A stretch of DNA of 64,000 bases from Oligoflexia bacterium (lineage in GTDB: Bacteria; Bdellovibrionota; UBA1018). Below, in pieces: positions 40,023 through 49,880 of the stretch (positions are counted from its first letter, which is position 1; each line of letters opens with the position of its first letter). The notes below the pieces were generated by a model, which was given only the letters and a program-made list of their open reading frames with translations, had not been told where the DNA came from and ran no database searches. Position numbers and translations under genes: made by a program. The DNA is taken from assembly GCA_963758495.1 (NCBI GenBank), contig CAVWVI010000004.1:1043184-1107183 (forward strand), read 5' to 3'.

Positions 40023-41283
40023 GGGTAATACCTTTCTCAATTGTACTCATGCTCATTTCCAGAGCGTTCAAAATAAACTCTACATCAAGCGGTTGAATGA
40101 CTAACGTTGGCATAATTCTCATCACACTAGAATCATTTCCAGAAAAAACTGCGATCACTCCATTTTTAGAAAGCTCAAAACTCATCCTAGGTCCAAGACT
40201 CTCGTTTGAATATTGAAGCCCCATCATCAGTCCCTTTCGACGATATTCTTTTAGAATCTGAGGGAATTTCATTCTCAACTTTTGAAATCCACTTTCAAAA
40301 AGGGTCCCCATTTGAACAGCATGTTCCCAGAGACGATGGTCTTCAATATACCGAATGACTTCTAACGCTACCGCGCAACCTAAATCTGCTCCTCCAAAAG
40401 TTGAAAAATGAATAAATGGATTTGTAAAAATGAAATCTTGATATTCTTCCTTATAAACTGCTGCTGTAATGGGATAAATTCCTCCTCCAAGACTCTTACC
40501 GACTGTCATGATATCTGGAATCACTCCATAGTTTTCCATAGCGAACATTTTTCCTGTTCGTCCCCAGCCAGTTTGAATTTCATCGGCAATGAGCAACACA
40601 TTTTTTTGATCACAAAGCTTCCGAACCCCTGGAAAATAAGCGTCGGGTGGAATAATAATGCCCCCTTCCCCAAGGATGGGTTCTAAAATAACACAAGCAG
40701 TGTGATCATCGATAGCTTGCGCCATTGCATCCAGATCACCAAACGGCACTCTTTGAAATTCTGGCATTAAGGGTCGAAATGGTTTTTGATAAGCATCTCG
40801 TCCAATACCCGAGAGAGCAAACCCTGTATGCCCATGGTAGCCTTTTTCAGCCGATATTACCTTGGTTTTCATAGTGTAGCCACGAGCAAGTTTAATTGCA
40901 AAATCATTCACCTCTCCCCCACCACACCCAAAAGTCACACAGCTTAATTGTTTTCCGGGTGAAATAGAGGCGAGTTTTTTTGCTAACTCCACTTTTAATT
41001 CTGAAAAGAATAAAAATCCACCTACATCATAGTGCTCTAGCGCATTCTTTAATGCTTGTATCACCTGTGGATTGCGTCGCCCAACATTAAAGCTCCCTGC
41101 GCCCGTCATGCAATCCAAATATTTTTTTCCAGAAATATCCCAAACGTAAGCACCTTCACGACGATCTTCAATTAAATCAAGACCGGCCGATTTTAAAATA
41201 CGAACTCGGGAGGGATTAATATGCTTTGCGAATTCTTTAAGAACACGTTCTCTATTTTCAGAAGATGAATTTTTAGTCGTCAC
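40015..41283 (-). CDS. Class III PLP aminotransferase (ArgD/PatA-like)
   Basis: G..YLD, GYHG.T, EPI.GEGG, DEIQTGWGRTG, D..T.GKSLGGG, STFGG. Confidence 0.93.
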   Translation of the reverse strand: MTTKNSSSENRERVLKEFAKHINPSRVRILKSAGLDLIEDRREGAYVWDISGKKYLDCMTGAGSFNVGRRNPQVIQALKNALEHYDVGGFLFFSELKVELAKKLASISPGKQLSCVTFGCGGGEVNDFAIKLARGYTMKTKVISAEKGYHGHTGFALSGIGRDAYQKPFRPLMPEFQRVPFGDLDAMAQAIDDHTACVILEPILGEGGIIIPPDAYFPGVRKLCDQKNVLLIADEIQTGWGRTGKMFAMENYGVIPDIMTVGKSLGGGIYPITAAVYKEEYQDFIFTNPFIHFSTFGGADLGCAVALEVIRYIEDHRLWEHAVQMGTLFESGFQKLRMKFPQILKEYRRKGLMMGLQYSNESLGPRMSFELSKNGVIAVFSGNDSSVMRIMPTLVIQPLDVEFILNALEMSMSTIEKGITHG

Positions 41284-41349
41284 TCAATCATTTTATAAGA
41301 ATATTTCCTCGAAGAACAAGTTTAAAACCCTGACGCATCATTACTCACA

Positions 41350-41943
41350 TTAAGATAGCCTAAATGCCGCAACTGCTCCAAACACACCGCTTCGAATCAT
41401 GGAGACTGCAATTGCAGCAAGGAGAAGCGCGGCAATTTTAGAAACAATGACAGTTCCATCTTTTCCAATAAGTCGAGTGACTTTTTCAGAATTTTTAAAA
41501 ACTATCCATGCGAGAAAATAATTTAAAAGCAATGCTGCGATTGTTACCCAATATCCGAAGCTATTAACTTGAAAAACTAGAGTTGTTATCACCGCCGGTC
41601 CCGTAATGAGAGGAACTGCAAGTGGCACAATCCCTGTAGAACCTGATGGCCGATTCATAGCTTCTGGGCCGCCCACGAGATCAGCAAGTGAAACTAAAAG
41701 CAAAACAAGCCCACCAGCAATTTTAAAATCAAAAAGAGTAATACTTAAATAATGAAAGAGTCCTTCTCCCACAAAAAGAAAAACTAGCGCTACTCCTAGC
41801 GCAACTAACATTGAAGTGTTTACCGTTGAAGCCTTCTTCGATCGACTCAAACCATGGGTCATGTTGATATACAGTGGCAAATTACCAATGATATCCAAGG
41901 CAACAAAAATCCCAATAAACGATAAACCGAAATTTTGCAGCAT
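41350..41943 (-). CDS. MarC family membrane protein
   Basis: IGN.P, F.IAGG, VPLAVPL.TGP, LL.AIAV.M. Confidence 0.9.
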   Translation of the reverse strand: MLQNFGLSFIGIFVALDIIGNLPLYINMTHGLSRSKKASTVNTSMLVALGVALVFLFVGEGLFHYLSITLFDFKIAGGLVLLLVSLADLVGGPEAMNRPSGSTGIVPLAVPLITGPAVITTLVFQVNSFGYWVTIAALLLNYFLAWIVFKNSEKVTRLIGKDGTVIVSKIAALLLAAIAVSMIRSGVFGAVAAFRLS

Positions 41944-42072
41944 TTACCCTATTGTACCCTGATTGTACCCTAGAAGCACACGACTTGTGCATGGCACCGT
42001 TTTTTTAAGTGACGCGACACATTATTTTTGATAACTCTCCAAAATAATTAGTCTTCTAGTATCCACGGTTTT

Positions 42073-42636
42073 TTGGAGGATCTGATGCAAAAAAAAATGA
42101 CTACCTGGCTATCCATCAATTTATTGATTCTATCTATGTTCACTCTTGGTTGTGGAAAAAATAAAACTGAAGAGGTGGCTCAACCCAATCACATCACTGG
42201 TAACTGGAAGTTTGCAAACCTCTCTACCCAACTCCCGAACAACTCCCTCGAACTCCTCCCCCTGCTTATTAATAATCCGACATATGAATTAACATGGATA
42301 GTTACGCCATTAGATCTAAAGACCTCAAAAGCAATTCTGCAATTCTCCCACCTTCCATCAAACGGTAGCGCTAGCTGCACCCTGAGCATTGAATACAATA
42401 ATAGATATTGCTGTCCTGAAATGAGAGTCATCTATCTAGATAAAAATCCAGTACTGCGCGAAGAAGCCCCTTCGGGATGTATTCATTCACTATTTAATAA
42501 AAGCATCTCAGATTTTGCAGCACAACTCATCAAAGAAATGGGTGAAGATTTTCATTTTACCCACCATAAAGACTTCATAAAATTAGAAGGTCCCTACATT
42601 GATTCAATGACCACTATTGAGTTAAGGCCCATTTGA
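42073..42636 (+). CDS. Hypothetical lipoprotein
   Basis: Lipobox TLGC. Confidence 0.65.
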   Translation: MEDLMQKKMTTWLSINLLILSMFTLGCGKNKTEEVAQPNHITGNWKFANLSTQLPNNSLELLPLLINNPTYELTWIVTPLDLKTSKAILQFSHLPSNGSASCTLSIEYNNRYCCPEMRVIYLDKNPVLREEAPSGCIHSLFNKSISDFAAQLIKEMGEDFHFTHHKDFIKLEGPYIDSMTTIELRPI

Positions 42637-43692
42637 ATGCTTCAATTTCTTACAGAAGCCAAAAATAATTTGACCAAAACCGATCTGAAAAAACAGAAAC
42701 ATCCTTTCACAACAAATTTTGATGGTTTGGGTGCTTGGCTGAGTTCAATCGAAGACTCTGGGGAATTTATTGGAATTCGATTTGGTCGAATCAAATCAAC
42801 ACAAAATGAACCGGAATGGTTTTTCTTACCTCATAGCCATTTTGATGGAATTGGAGGATTTGCTCATCTCCTAAGAAATCGCGGTTATCCCCATTTGCTC
42901 CAGTTACCTCAAATTAAATTTAAAAAAAGACCTTCCTCCTGTGACCTCATTCAGCATAGCTTGCACTACTGCATATCTCAGTTCAAACGCACTGCCACCG
43001 CTCGCTTAAAAAAGGAAACTCCAATCCATCCCCAAAAAAGTCTATCCTCTCTTCCTGCTCAATCGGTTGCGTGGAAAACTTACAATCGCGCCACTACTCA
43101 ATCACTTCTTTCAAAAGCTCGCGCGAATGGAGTCACTCTAAACTCCTGGCTTCTTACCGCACTGGATCGTGGCATTCGTCATAGTTTGGACCATCCACAC
43201 GGACCTGTTTCCTGGTTAATTCCAGTAAATATGCGGGGAGGGATTCAATTGCCAATGGATACTGACAACCATGCTTCACTTGTAGATATCATAATTTCTC
43301 CCTTTGAACCTGCAGCTGGAATCCACCGACAAATTCACCATAAACTGCATGACTCCAAACATTGGCTATTTTGGCATTTTATTCAAAAAACTGCAGCACT
43401 CGGCGAACGAACCCGACAAGCTATTCTTCGAAAAGCACAGTCTCACTCCAAAAGAGAATGGCTAGGTTCATTTTCAAACTTGGGTGCTTGGAATTTACTA
43501 CCTATAGACGGGGGAGCCCAAACAAATGAGGATTGGTTATTCTGCCCTCCCGTTGCTAAAAACCTTCCACTAGGAGCAGGCTGTGTCAGCTTCAACGGAA
43601 AACTTTCTCTCACCCTTCAAATCCACCCTGATTACGCTTCGAATCCGAAAACTGCGGAGTCCTTACTCAATCATTGGATGAATGAGTTATAA
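42637..43692 (+). CDS. CoA-dependent acyltransferase (HxxxDG; condensation/PapA5-like fold)
   Basis: HSHFDGIG, GVTLN..L, PVNMR, FSNLG. Confidence 0.72.
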   Translation: MLQFLTEAKNNLTKTDLKKQKHPFTTNFDGLGAWLSSIEDSGEFIGIRFGRIKSTQNEPEWFFLPHSHFDGIGGFAHLLRNRGYPHLLQLPQIKFKKRPSSCDLIQHSLHYCISQFKRTATARLKKETPIHPQKSLSSLPAQSVAWKTYNRATTQSLLSKARANGVTLNSWLLTALDRGIRHSLDHPHGPVSWLIPVNMRGGIQLPMDTDNHASLVDIIISPFEPAAGIHRQIHHKLHDSKHWLFWHFIQKTAALGERTRQAILRKAQSHSKREWLGSFSNLGAWNLLPIDGGAQTNEDWLFCPPVAKNLPLGAGCVSFNGKLSLTLQIHPDYASNPKTAESLLNHWMNEL

Positions 43693-43719
43693 AAATAAAT
43701 TATAAAGAGTGAAACTTTC

Positions 43720-44970
43720 TCAATGAGCTTCCATATCTGGAGTTTGGCTTTTACGTACTTTATCTAGCACATTTTGATACTCTAAATTAAGTACCTGGAA
43801 CGCTTGTTCGCGTTCTTCATCTGTTCCTCTAGGAGCTTCAGCATACTGAGTAGCGTCGTTATTGTCTTGAGAATCCCAAACTCCTTCCCAATGCCGACCG
43901 AGCATGAATATTTTACCGAGATGACCGCTCCTCGTTATATTATTGAATGTAAATTTATACTTTCCCCCATCCGTAAAAGCTGAAAAATGAACTGGTTCCG
44001 TAAAGTGGGCCAGATCCTGATCACTCAGCGCCACTCCAAAGGATAAAAAAAACTCTCTCGCTTGGTTTCTAAAAATATCTAGATCCATTTTAGAATCGAA
44101 GCTAAAACCTTCACTCGCCCAAGCATATGCGCCCACTGATGTTGCGAAGACTTCTACTGTTCCACCTTGAGGGAGGCTTTTCAGAAGCCGTCGCTGACCT
44201 TGATTAATCAATTCGCCGATCTTAATATTCTGCGACTTTGCTCTTCCATTTATGGAGAGCCAAGAGTTATCAATCCGAGGTCGGCCGTTATGAATTTTCC
44301 AGACTCTCTGAAAATCCCGCGTAATTAATTTATTATTTCTATCATAAATAGCAAGACATAGAGTTATCCTTCCATCTGCGAGTGCTAATGTGCGGATTTT
44401 AGTGATCAAACCATGCTCTTCAAAATGATAAGGCCAGTCTTGCTTTTTTAAAGATTTTCCAAAAATTTTTCGAATTTGTTTATCTACGTCCTTTGCCCAT
44501 ACTTTTATGTACTTCTGTGGATCCTCATTTGAATCCCCATCAAAATGAGATATTGGATTTACTTCGACCAAATTTACCATAGAGTAGGCCATTGAATCAG
44601 TCAGATCATCCGTTTCACTTTGCTCACTTGCTTTCGAATGACCCAAACGAGTTGTGCTAAAGCTTCTTTGAAGTGCGGGAGTGTCGAATCCTGTATTGTA
44701 GGGCAATAATGATGGCTTAGAGTATTGCATCAACCCTATGCGATTTGGCGCTAGCGAGAACGTTGGCACACTCAACGAGTTCTTAAAAAATGATTTTTTA
44801 AGAATTGACAACGTAGTTGAAGCCATACTGGAAGAAATTGAAGACAGAACACTAGGAGATGTAGATATAGAACAAGTAGCCCCCCCTGCGTATGTATGCG
44901 TCTGCAATGCAACCGGAATAAACATCAAAATAAAGTAAATCAATTTTATATGCTTAATTAAATATTTCAT
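43720..44970 (-). CDS. Secreted hypothetical protein, possible C-terminal GNAT-like domain
   Basis: Signal peptide, Ser-rich linker, IG..I...Q, A..VGAYAWA..GF.F. Confidence 0.55.
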   Translation of the reverse strand: MKYLIKHIKLIYFILMFIPVALQTHTYAGGATCSISTSPSVLSSISSSMASTTLSILKKSFFKNSLSVPTFSLAPNRIGLMQYSKPSLLPYNTGFDTPALQRSFSTTRLGHSKASEQSETDDLTDSMAYSMVNLVEVNPISHFDGDSNEDPQKYIKVWAKDVDKQIRKIFGKSLKKQDWPYHFEEHGLITKIRTLALADGRITLCLAIYDRNNKLITRDFQRVWKIHNGRPRIDNSWLSINGRAKSQNIKIGELINQGQRRLLKSLPQGGTVEVFATSVGAYAWASEGFSFDSKMDLDIFRNQAREFFLSFGVALSDQDLAHFTEPVHFSAFTDGGKYKFTFNNITRSGHLGKIFMLGRHWEGVWDSQDNNDATQYAEAPRGTDEEREQAFQVLNLEYQNVLDKVRKSQTPDMEAH

Positions 44971-45185
44971 AATGATTAATTACTAAGCAATAATTAAGCC
45001 CATTTTTAATTAATATAAAAATTAACAGCGGTTCCCGTCGAATTAGTTAATAAATACATATGTTTAGTATATTTACAGAGTGTATTTTTTTGAGACGAGA
45101 GTGTCTAAGGAGTAAGCATCTGGCAAGACCGAACCCATAAACTATACAGCTTTATAAGTAGATTTATATTTCAATTACTGTTTCG

Positions 45186-47858
45186 TTACCCTACGACACT
45201 AGTCACCATATAAGGATCGACCAAATACTTTCGGCAAACCGCCTGAACTTCTTTTGCAGTAATTGATTTCATCTTCTGAGTGAGTAATTGCTCTGTGAGA
45301 TGCGGGACCTTATACAATGTCTCAAGACCATAATGAGCAGCTAAAGACGAGTCACTTTGAAGATCCATTGCTCTTCTTCCAATAAAGAACTCTTTAGCTC
45401 GATTCATTTCTTGTTGAGTAGGCCCTTGTTTAACCAGTTTTTGCAAAACATGAGCGATTCCAGCAATCGCTTCTTCACGCTTCTGAGGTGCACAAGCAAT
45501 ATAAGTTCCTACGTATCCTCGCTCAATTCCTTCAAAGCTCACTGGAGAAACGGTATAGGCTAGACTCTTTTTCTCTCTGAGTTCTATAAATAACCGTCCA
45601 CTTTGACCGCCTAAAAGGGTCTGGAGCAATCGGAGAGCATGCCGATCATCAGCATCAATTTCAGTTCCCAAACCACCTACTAAAATATGACATTGCTCTC
45701 TTCCTAAGGGGCGTTCCACCCACCTTGGAGCTTTTAGAGTCGGCTCGACACTGAGCTGATCTGTCAAATTGAATGGAGCTTTCCCAATAATGTGAGATTG
45801 AGCTTCTTTTTCAAGCCTTTGAACCCACGACTCCATCTCTGCACGTCTAATAGCGCCACATACCGAAATGACAAGTCTTTCAGGTCTGATCCAACCTTTA
45901 TGAAATAATCGTAACTTTTCTGAATGAATTGCCTGCAAACTTGAAAGAGATCCTTGAGGAATACGTCCATAAGGATGAGTTTCAAATAGGGTTTCCAAAA
46001 AAAGCTTGGAACAGAGCTGTGAAGAATGATCCTCTAAACTTCGCACAGAGTCTTCTGCCACTCTTTTAGCGTGATCCACTTCATCTTTAGGAAAAGTAGG
46101 ATTCAGTAGTACCTTTGTAAACAAGTTTGAAAGTTCGGGCCAATTTCGGGCCAATCCCAACATCTGAAGACCTACTGTATTTCGGCCCGAAAAACCTTCA
46201 AGACTAGCTGCACGGCCTTCTACAATTCCAGAAATCTGTTGTGCATTGAGCTCTGCAGCTCCTTTAGGCCAGGTTAACGCCATCATATAGCTAGCGCCCC
46301 AATCCGTATTTGGACTTTCAATGGGATGGGAAACCTCTAACCGCACTCCAGCTAACACGGCTGCATGAACACTAAAAGCATGAGACGAAGGCCTCGGGTA
46401 AAAGCAAACTTGCATACCAGAAGGCAGCTTAACAATCTCGGCAGGACTCTCCGTCTTCTTTCCTTTAATGACTAATTTCGGAATGGATGGCACTAATTGT
46501 TCACGTTGAACTTCAGCACTCAATATTCGAGTTGCTAAACTTTCAATTTCAACAGAATCAAATTTAGCTTCTGATTTTGGAACAAGAATAACACCACTCA
46601 TCCTACGATAATCGAGATATTTTTTAGCAACTTCCTGAATTTTTGAAGAAGTAACCATACGGAGTTCATCTAAGTATTCTTGATCAAACGTAAGATTACC
46701 CATGATAAATTTTAAAAATCCGAGTCGGCCGGCCATTCCATCTACTGTTTGAGTAGAATATAACCGTTCACTTTCAGCATTAATTAAGACTCGAGCTAAC
46801 TCCTCAGAAGTAGGGCCTTCTTCTCCAAGTCTGCGAAGTTCCTTGAACATCTCTTCTGCGGTTTGCTTCAATTTTTCAGTAGAATCGACTTCCGCCTGAA
46901 AATAAAGCATCCCCGGATCCTTAGGAACATAAAGCCCTGCTGATACATCTGTTACCAAGGAAGTTTGATAAAAAAGACGTTGATAAAGCCGAGATAACTC
47001 ACCCGCGCCCAATACATTTGAAAGTAAATCTAATGCAGGTAAATCTTCGTGCGCTAATTCAGGGACACGAAAAGAAAAACTCAACGTCGGAGTTTTCACA
47101 TCAAATGGTTTTACATTCCACTGCGCGCCATCGCGAATTTCACGCTCATGAAGCCGTACTCTTTCACTTGCATCTGTCTTGCGTAGAACTTTTGAACCGT
47201 AATGCTTTTCTAGATATCTTAAAATGGCTTTTTTTCGAGCGCCCGTCTTATCTAAGATCGGACCTACAAGAACTAATCCCATATTTCCAGAAATATAATT
47301 TCGTTTATAAAAGCTCTCAAGCTGGGGTGCCTTAGCGGCATTTAAAGTCTTCACATAGCCAATTACAGGTCGACCATAAGGGTGTTTGGAAAATGTGGAT
47401 GAAAATAAACTTTGAAATAACTGCCTTCCAGGAGAATCCTCATTCTTACGAAGCTCCTCTAAGATCACTTCTCTTTCTCTTTCAAAATCCTGAACCAAAA
47501 ATTTTTGTGGTTTCGCCATGGTTCCAAAAGCATCCAGGACTTTCTCCCAATGCTGAGCAGCACAAGTCACATGATAGACAGTCTGATCAAATGATGTGTA
47601 TGCATTTATCTCCCCGCCTAAAGACTCAATGACACGTGCCATTTGTCCCGTTGATGCACGTCCACTTTCTTTTGCTGCAGCGTCTTTGAAAAGCATATGC
47701 TCTAAGAAATGAGCAAATCCCGCTTCCTTAGCTGCCTCGTCAGCACTGCCGGTTTTTACCCACCAGTAAGTCGCGGCAACTGGGCTCTCATAATGCTGAA
47801 GAATAACTGGAATACCATTCGATAGCTGCACCTGCTCAGGTTGAAATAATTTTGCCAT
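45186..47858 (-). CDS. M16B family zinc peptidase (tandem, two halves)
   Basis: HFLEH, NAYTS.D.T.Y, SGRLF.ELREK..LAY. Confidence 0.93.
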   Translation of the reverse strand: MAKLFQPEQVQLSNGIPVILQHYESPVAATYWWVKTGSADEAAKEAGFAHFLEHMLFKDAAAKESGRASTGQMARVIESLGGEINAYTSFDQTVYHVTCAAQHWEKVLDAFGTMAKPQKFLVQDFEREREVILEELRKNEDSPGRQLFQSLFSSTFSKHPYGRPVIGYVKTLNAAKAPQLESFYKRNYISGNMGLVLVGPILDKTGARKKAILRYLEKHYGSKVLRKTDASERVRLHEREIRDGAQWNVKPFDVKTPTLSFSFRVPELAHEDLPALDLLSNVLGAGELSRLYQRLFYQTSLVTDVSAGLYVPKDPGMLYFQAEVDSTEKLKQTAEEMFKELRRLGEEGPTSEELARVLINAESERLYSTQTVDGMAGRLGFLKFIMGNLTFDQEYLDELRMVTSSKIQEVAKKYLDYRRMSGVILVPKSEAKFDSVEIESLATRILSAEVQREQLVPSIPKLVIKGKKTESPAEIVKLPSGMQVCFYPRPSSHAFSVHAAVLAGVRLEVSHPIESPNTDWGASYMMALTWPKGAAELNAQQISGIVEGRAASLEGFSGRNTVGLQMLGLARNWPELSNLFTKVLLNPTFPKDEVDHAKRVAEDSVRSLEDHSSQLCSKLFLETLFETHPYGRIPQGSLSSLQAIHSEKLRLFHKGWIRPERLVISVCGAIRRAEMESWVQRLEKEAQSHIIGKAPFNLTDQLSVEPTLKAPRWVERPLGREQCHILVGGLGTEIDADDRHALRLLQTLLGGQSGRLFIELREKKSLAYTVSPVSFEGIERGYVGTYIACAPQKREEAIAGIAHVLQKLVKQGPTQQEMNRAKEFFIGRRAMDLQSDSSLAAHYGLETLYKVPHLTEQLLTQKMKSITAKEVQAVCRKYLVDPYMVTSVVG

Positions 47859-48111
47859 AAGTGTTTGGCACAGTAGTAGTCTCTGTAAACTAAATCCACT
47901 CTGAAATTTAATAAAAATTTCCTTTTAAATTCAAATAGATACTGACTCAAATCGGCTAGACAATAAAGGATCAATTAGGTTATTATTAAAATGGTTATGT
48001 TTTGCTAGCTCGCCTCGGCTTCCTAGATCAGTTTTTGTCCTTGCTTTCCGGACGTGCTCCCAAAACTATGTAATGAGAAATCATACGACTGAAAGGAGTC
48101 GTTTTTTCGAT

Positions 48112-48540
48112 ATGAATAAGAAGCTCTATGTAGGTAATTTACCCTTTACTGCTGAGGAAAACCAACTTCAAGCCCTCTTTGGAAGTGATGGGCGTCAAGT
48201 TGCATCTGTTCGAATTCTGAATGACAAAGCAACTGGCCGCTCACGTGGTTTTGGTTTTGTTGAAATGGCCACTCCAGAAGATGCTCAAAAAGCAATTGAA
48301 GCTCTTCATGGCCACGACTTCATGGGACGCCCACTGACTGTAAATGAAGCCCGCGAACAAGCGCCACGCACAGGTGGAGGATTCGGGGGTGGCGGTGGAT
48401 TTGGCGGAGGCCGTGGTGATGGGGGTGGTGGCGGATTTGGTGGAGGTGGTGGTCGCGGTGGTCGCGGAGGCCGTGGTGGAGGTGGCAGAGGTGGATTTGA
48501 CCGTGATCGAGGCGGAGGAGAGCGCGGCGGACGTTATTAA
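48112..48540 (+). CDS. RRM RNA-binding protein with Gly/Arg-rich tail
   Basis: KLYVGNL (RNP2), RGFGFVEM (RNP1). Confidence 0.95.
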   Translation: MNKKLYVGNLPFTAEENQLQALFGSDGRQVASVRILNDKATGRSRGFGFVEMATPEDAQKAIEALHGHDFMGRPLTVNEAREQAPRTGGGFGGGGGFGGGRGDGGGGGFGGGGGRGGRGGRGGGGRGGFDRDRGGGERGGRY

Positions 48541-48550
48541 GTAAGCAATC

Positions 48551-48634
48551 AGGCTGTTGACAAGCACTGCAAGGAGTCCTGTTACGCCGTAAAGATTTGA
48601 GTTTCCGGCGTAACAGGACTCCTTGCAGTGCTTA
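48551..48634. repeat. Intergenic hairpin repeat (REP/MITE-like), copy 3
   Basis: Perfect 28-bp stem 48562-48589/48606-48633, 16-nt loop. Confidence 0.92.
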
Positions 48635-48656
48635 CTTGAATGATTTATAAAGACAC

Positions 48657-49817
48657 ATGCACACAGCCAGCAGAGCTTCACTACCGAGCGCTCCAAACGC
48701 TCATAATTTAATAGAATCACTTTATGTTCACTTTCCCTTTTGTGAATCTAAATGCCACTACTGCGATTTTTACTCCCTTGGAAAAGAACGCACAAAAGAA
48801 GGCGACGCAGATCGCTTCGAAAAAGCGCTTAATTTAGAAATTATACAATCTTCTCACCTACTTGCGCCTGAGCTTTCGACCCTATTTTTTGGAGGCGGCA
48901 CTCCCAGCATGACATCCTATGATTCTATGGTTCGTGCTCTTGAACCTCTCTGGAAGACGACACAGATCACACCTCAAACAGAATGGACCATGGAGGCAAA
49001 TCCTTCCTCTATTACCTTGGAAGCCTTTAAAGCTTTTCGTGCATACGGCGTGAATCGAATCAGCATGGGAGTACAAGCTTTAAAGCCTGACTTACTGACC
49101 TCACTCGGAAGGGTTCATTCTAGAGAAGCTGCTCTTCAGGCTCTGGATACTGTATTTTCGGCGGGATTTGATAATGTATCAGTTGACCTTCTTTGTGGAG
49201 TTCCGGGCCAATCCGAAGCCGACTTAAAAGAAGCACTTCAAATCTTAGTTGAATTTCCTATTACCCATTTAAGCTGCTATTTACTGACACTGGCACCTCA
49301 TCACAAAATGTATAAAGACCTTCCGAATGAAGAGACTCAGTTGTCTCATTTACTTTTAATAGATGATTGGATGGTAAACGCAGGATTTGAGCATTATGAA
49401 ATTTCAAATTTTGCAAAGCATGGAAAGAAAGCACAGCATAACTTAAGATATTGGAAGGGACACTCTTACCTGGGTCTTGGACCCTCTGCACATTCTTTTA
49501 AATCATGGGCTTCACAACGCTGGAAAAATGTCTCATCTCTTCATAAATATGCAAATTTATTGAATACAGGAAAAAGCGTTGTTGAATCTTTAGAGACCTT
49601 AACAGACAACCAAATCAATCTAGAAAAATGGATGTTGGCATTAAGACTCAATGACGGTTTTCCAAGAGAATGGCTAACAACTTCAAATCAATCCAGTAGA
49701 GCTAAAATTTTTGAAAATGAAGGACTTTTAGAGCCTCACCCCCAAAATCATCAATGGCTGAGGTTGACTAGCAGAGGATTTGCCCTTTCAGATCAGGTGA
49801 TTCGTTCACTAGTCTAA
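48657..49817 (+). CDS. hemW: Radical SAM heme chaperone HemW
   Basis: LYVHFPFC..KC.YCDF, GGGTPS, YEISNFA, HN..YW. Confidence 0.9.
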   Translation: MHTASRASLPSAPNAHNLIESLYVHFPFCESKCHYCDFYSLGKERTKEGDADRFEKALNLEIIQSSHLLAPELSTLFFGGGTPSMTSYDSMVRALEPLWKTTQITPQTEWTMEANPSSITLEAFKAFRAYGVNRISMGVQALKPDLLTSLGRVHSREAALQALDTVFSAGFDNVSVDLLCGVPGQSEADLKEALQILVEFPITHLSCYLLTLAPHHKMYKDLPNEETQLSHLLLIDDWMVNAGFEHYEISNFAKHGKKAQHNLRYWKGHSYLGLGPSAHSFKSWASQRWKNVSSLHKYANLLNTGKSVVESLETLTDNQINLEKWMLALRLNDGFPREWLTTSNQSSRAKIFENEGLLEPHPQNHQWLRLTSRGFALSDQVIRSLV

Positions 49818-49880
49818 GATTCTTATTTGACTTCAATACTTTCGTGCACATAGTAAATTTTAATATTGGAGGATTGTTGA

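Noticed and set aside
35701..48634. Hairpin repeats as a CRISPR array or integron attC sites
   Set aside because: Copies are kilobases apart, with no spacers, cas genes or integrase, and they flank housekeeping genes
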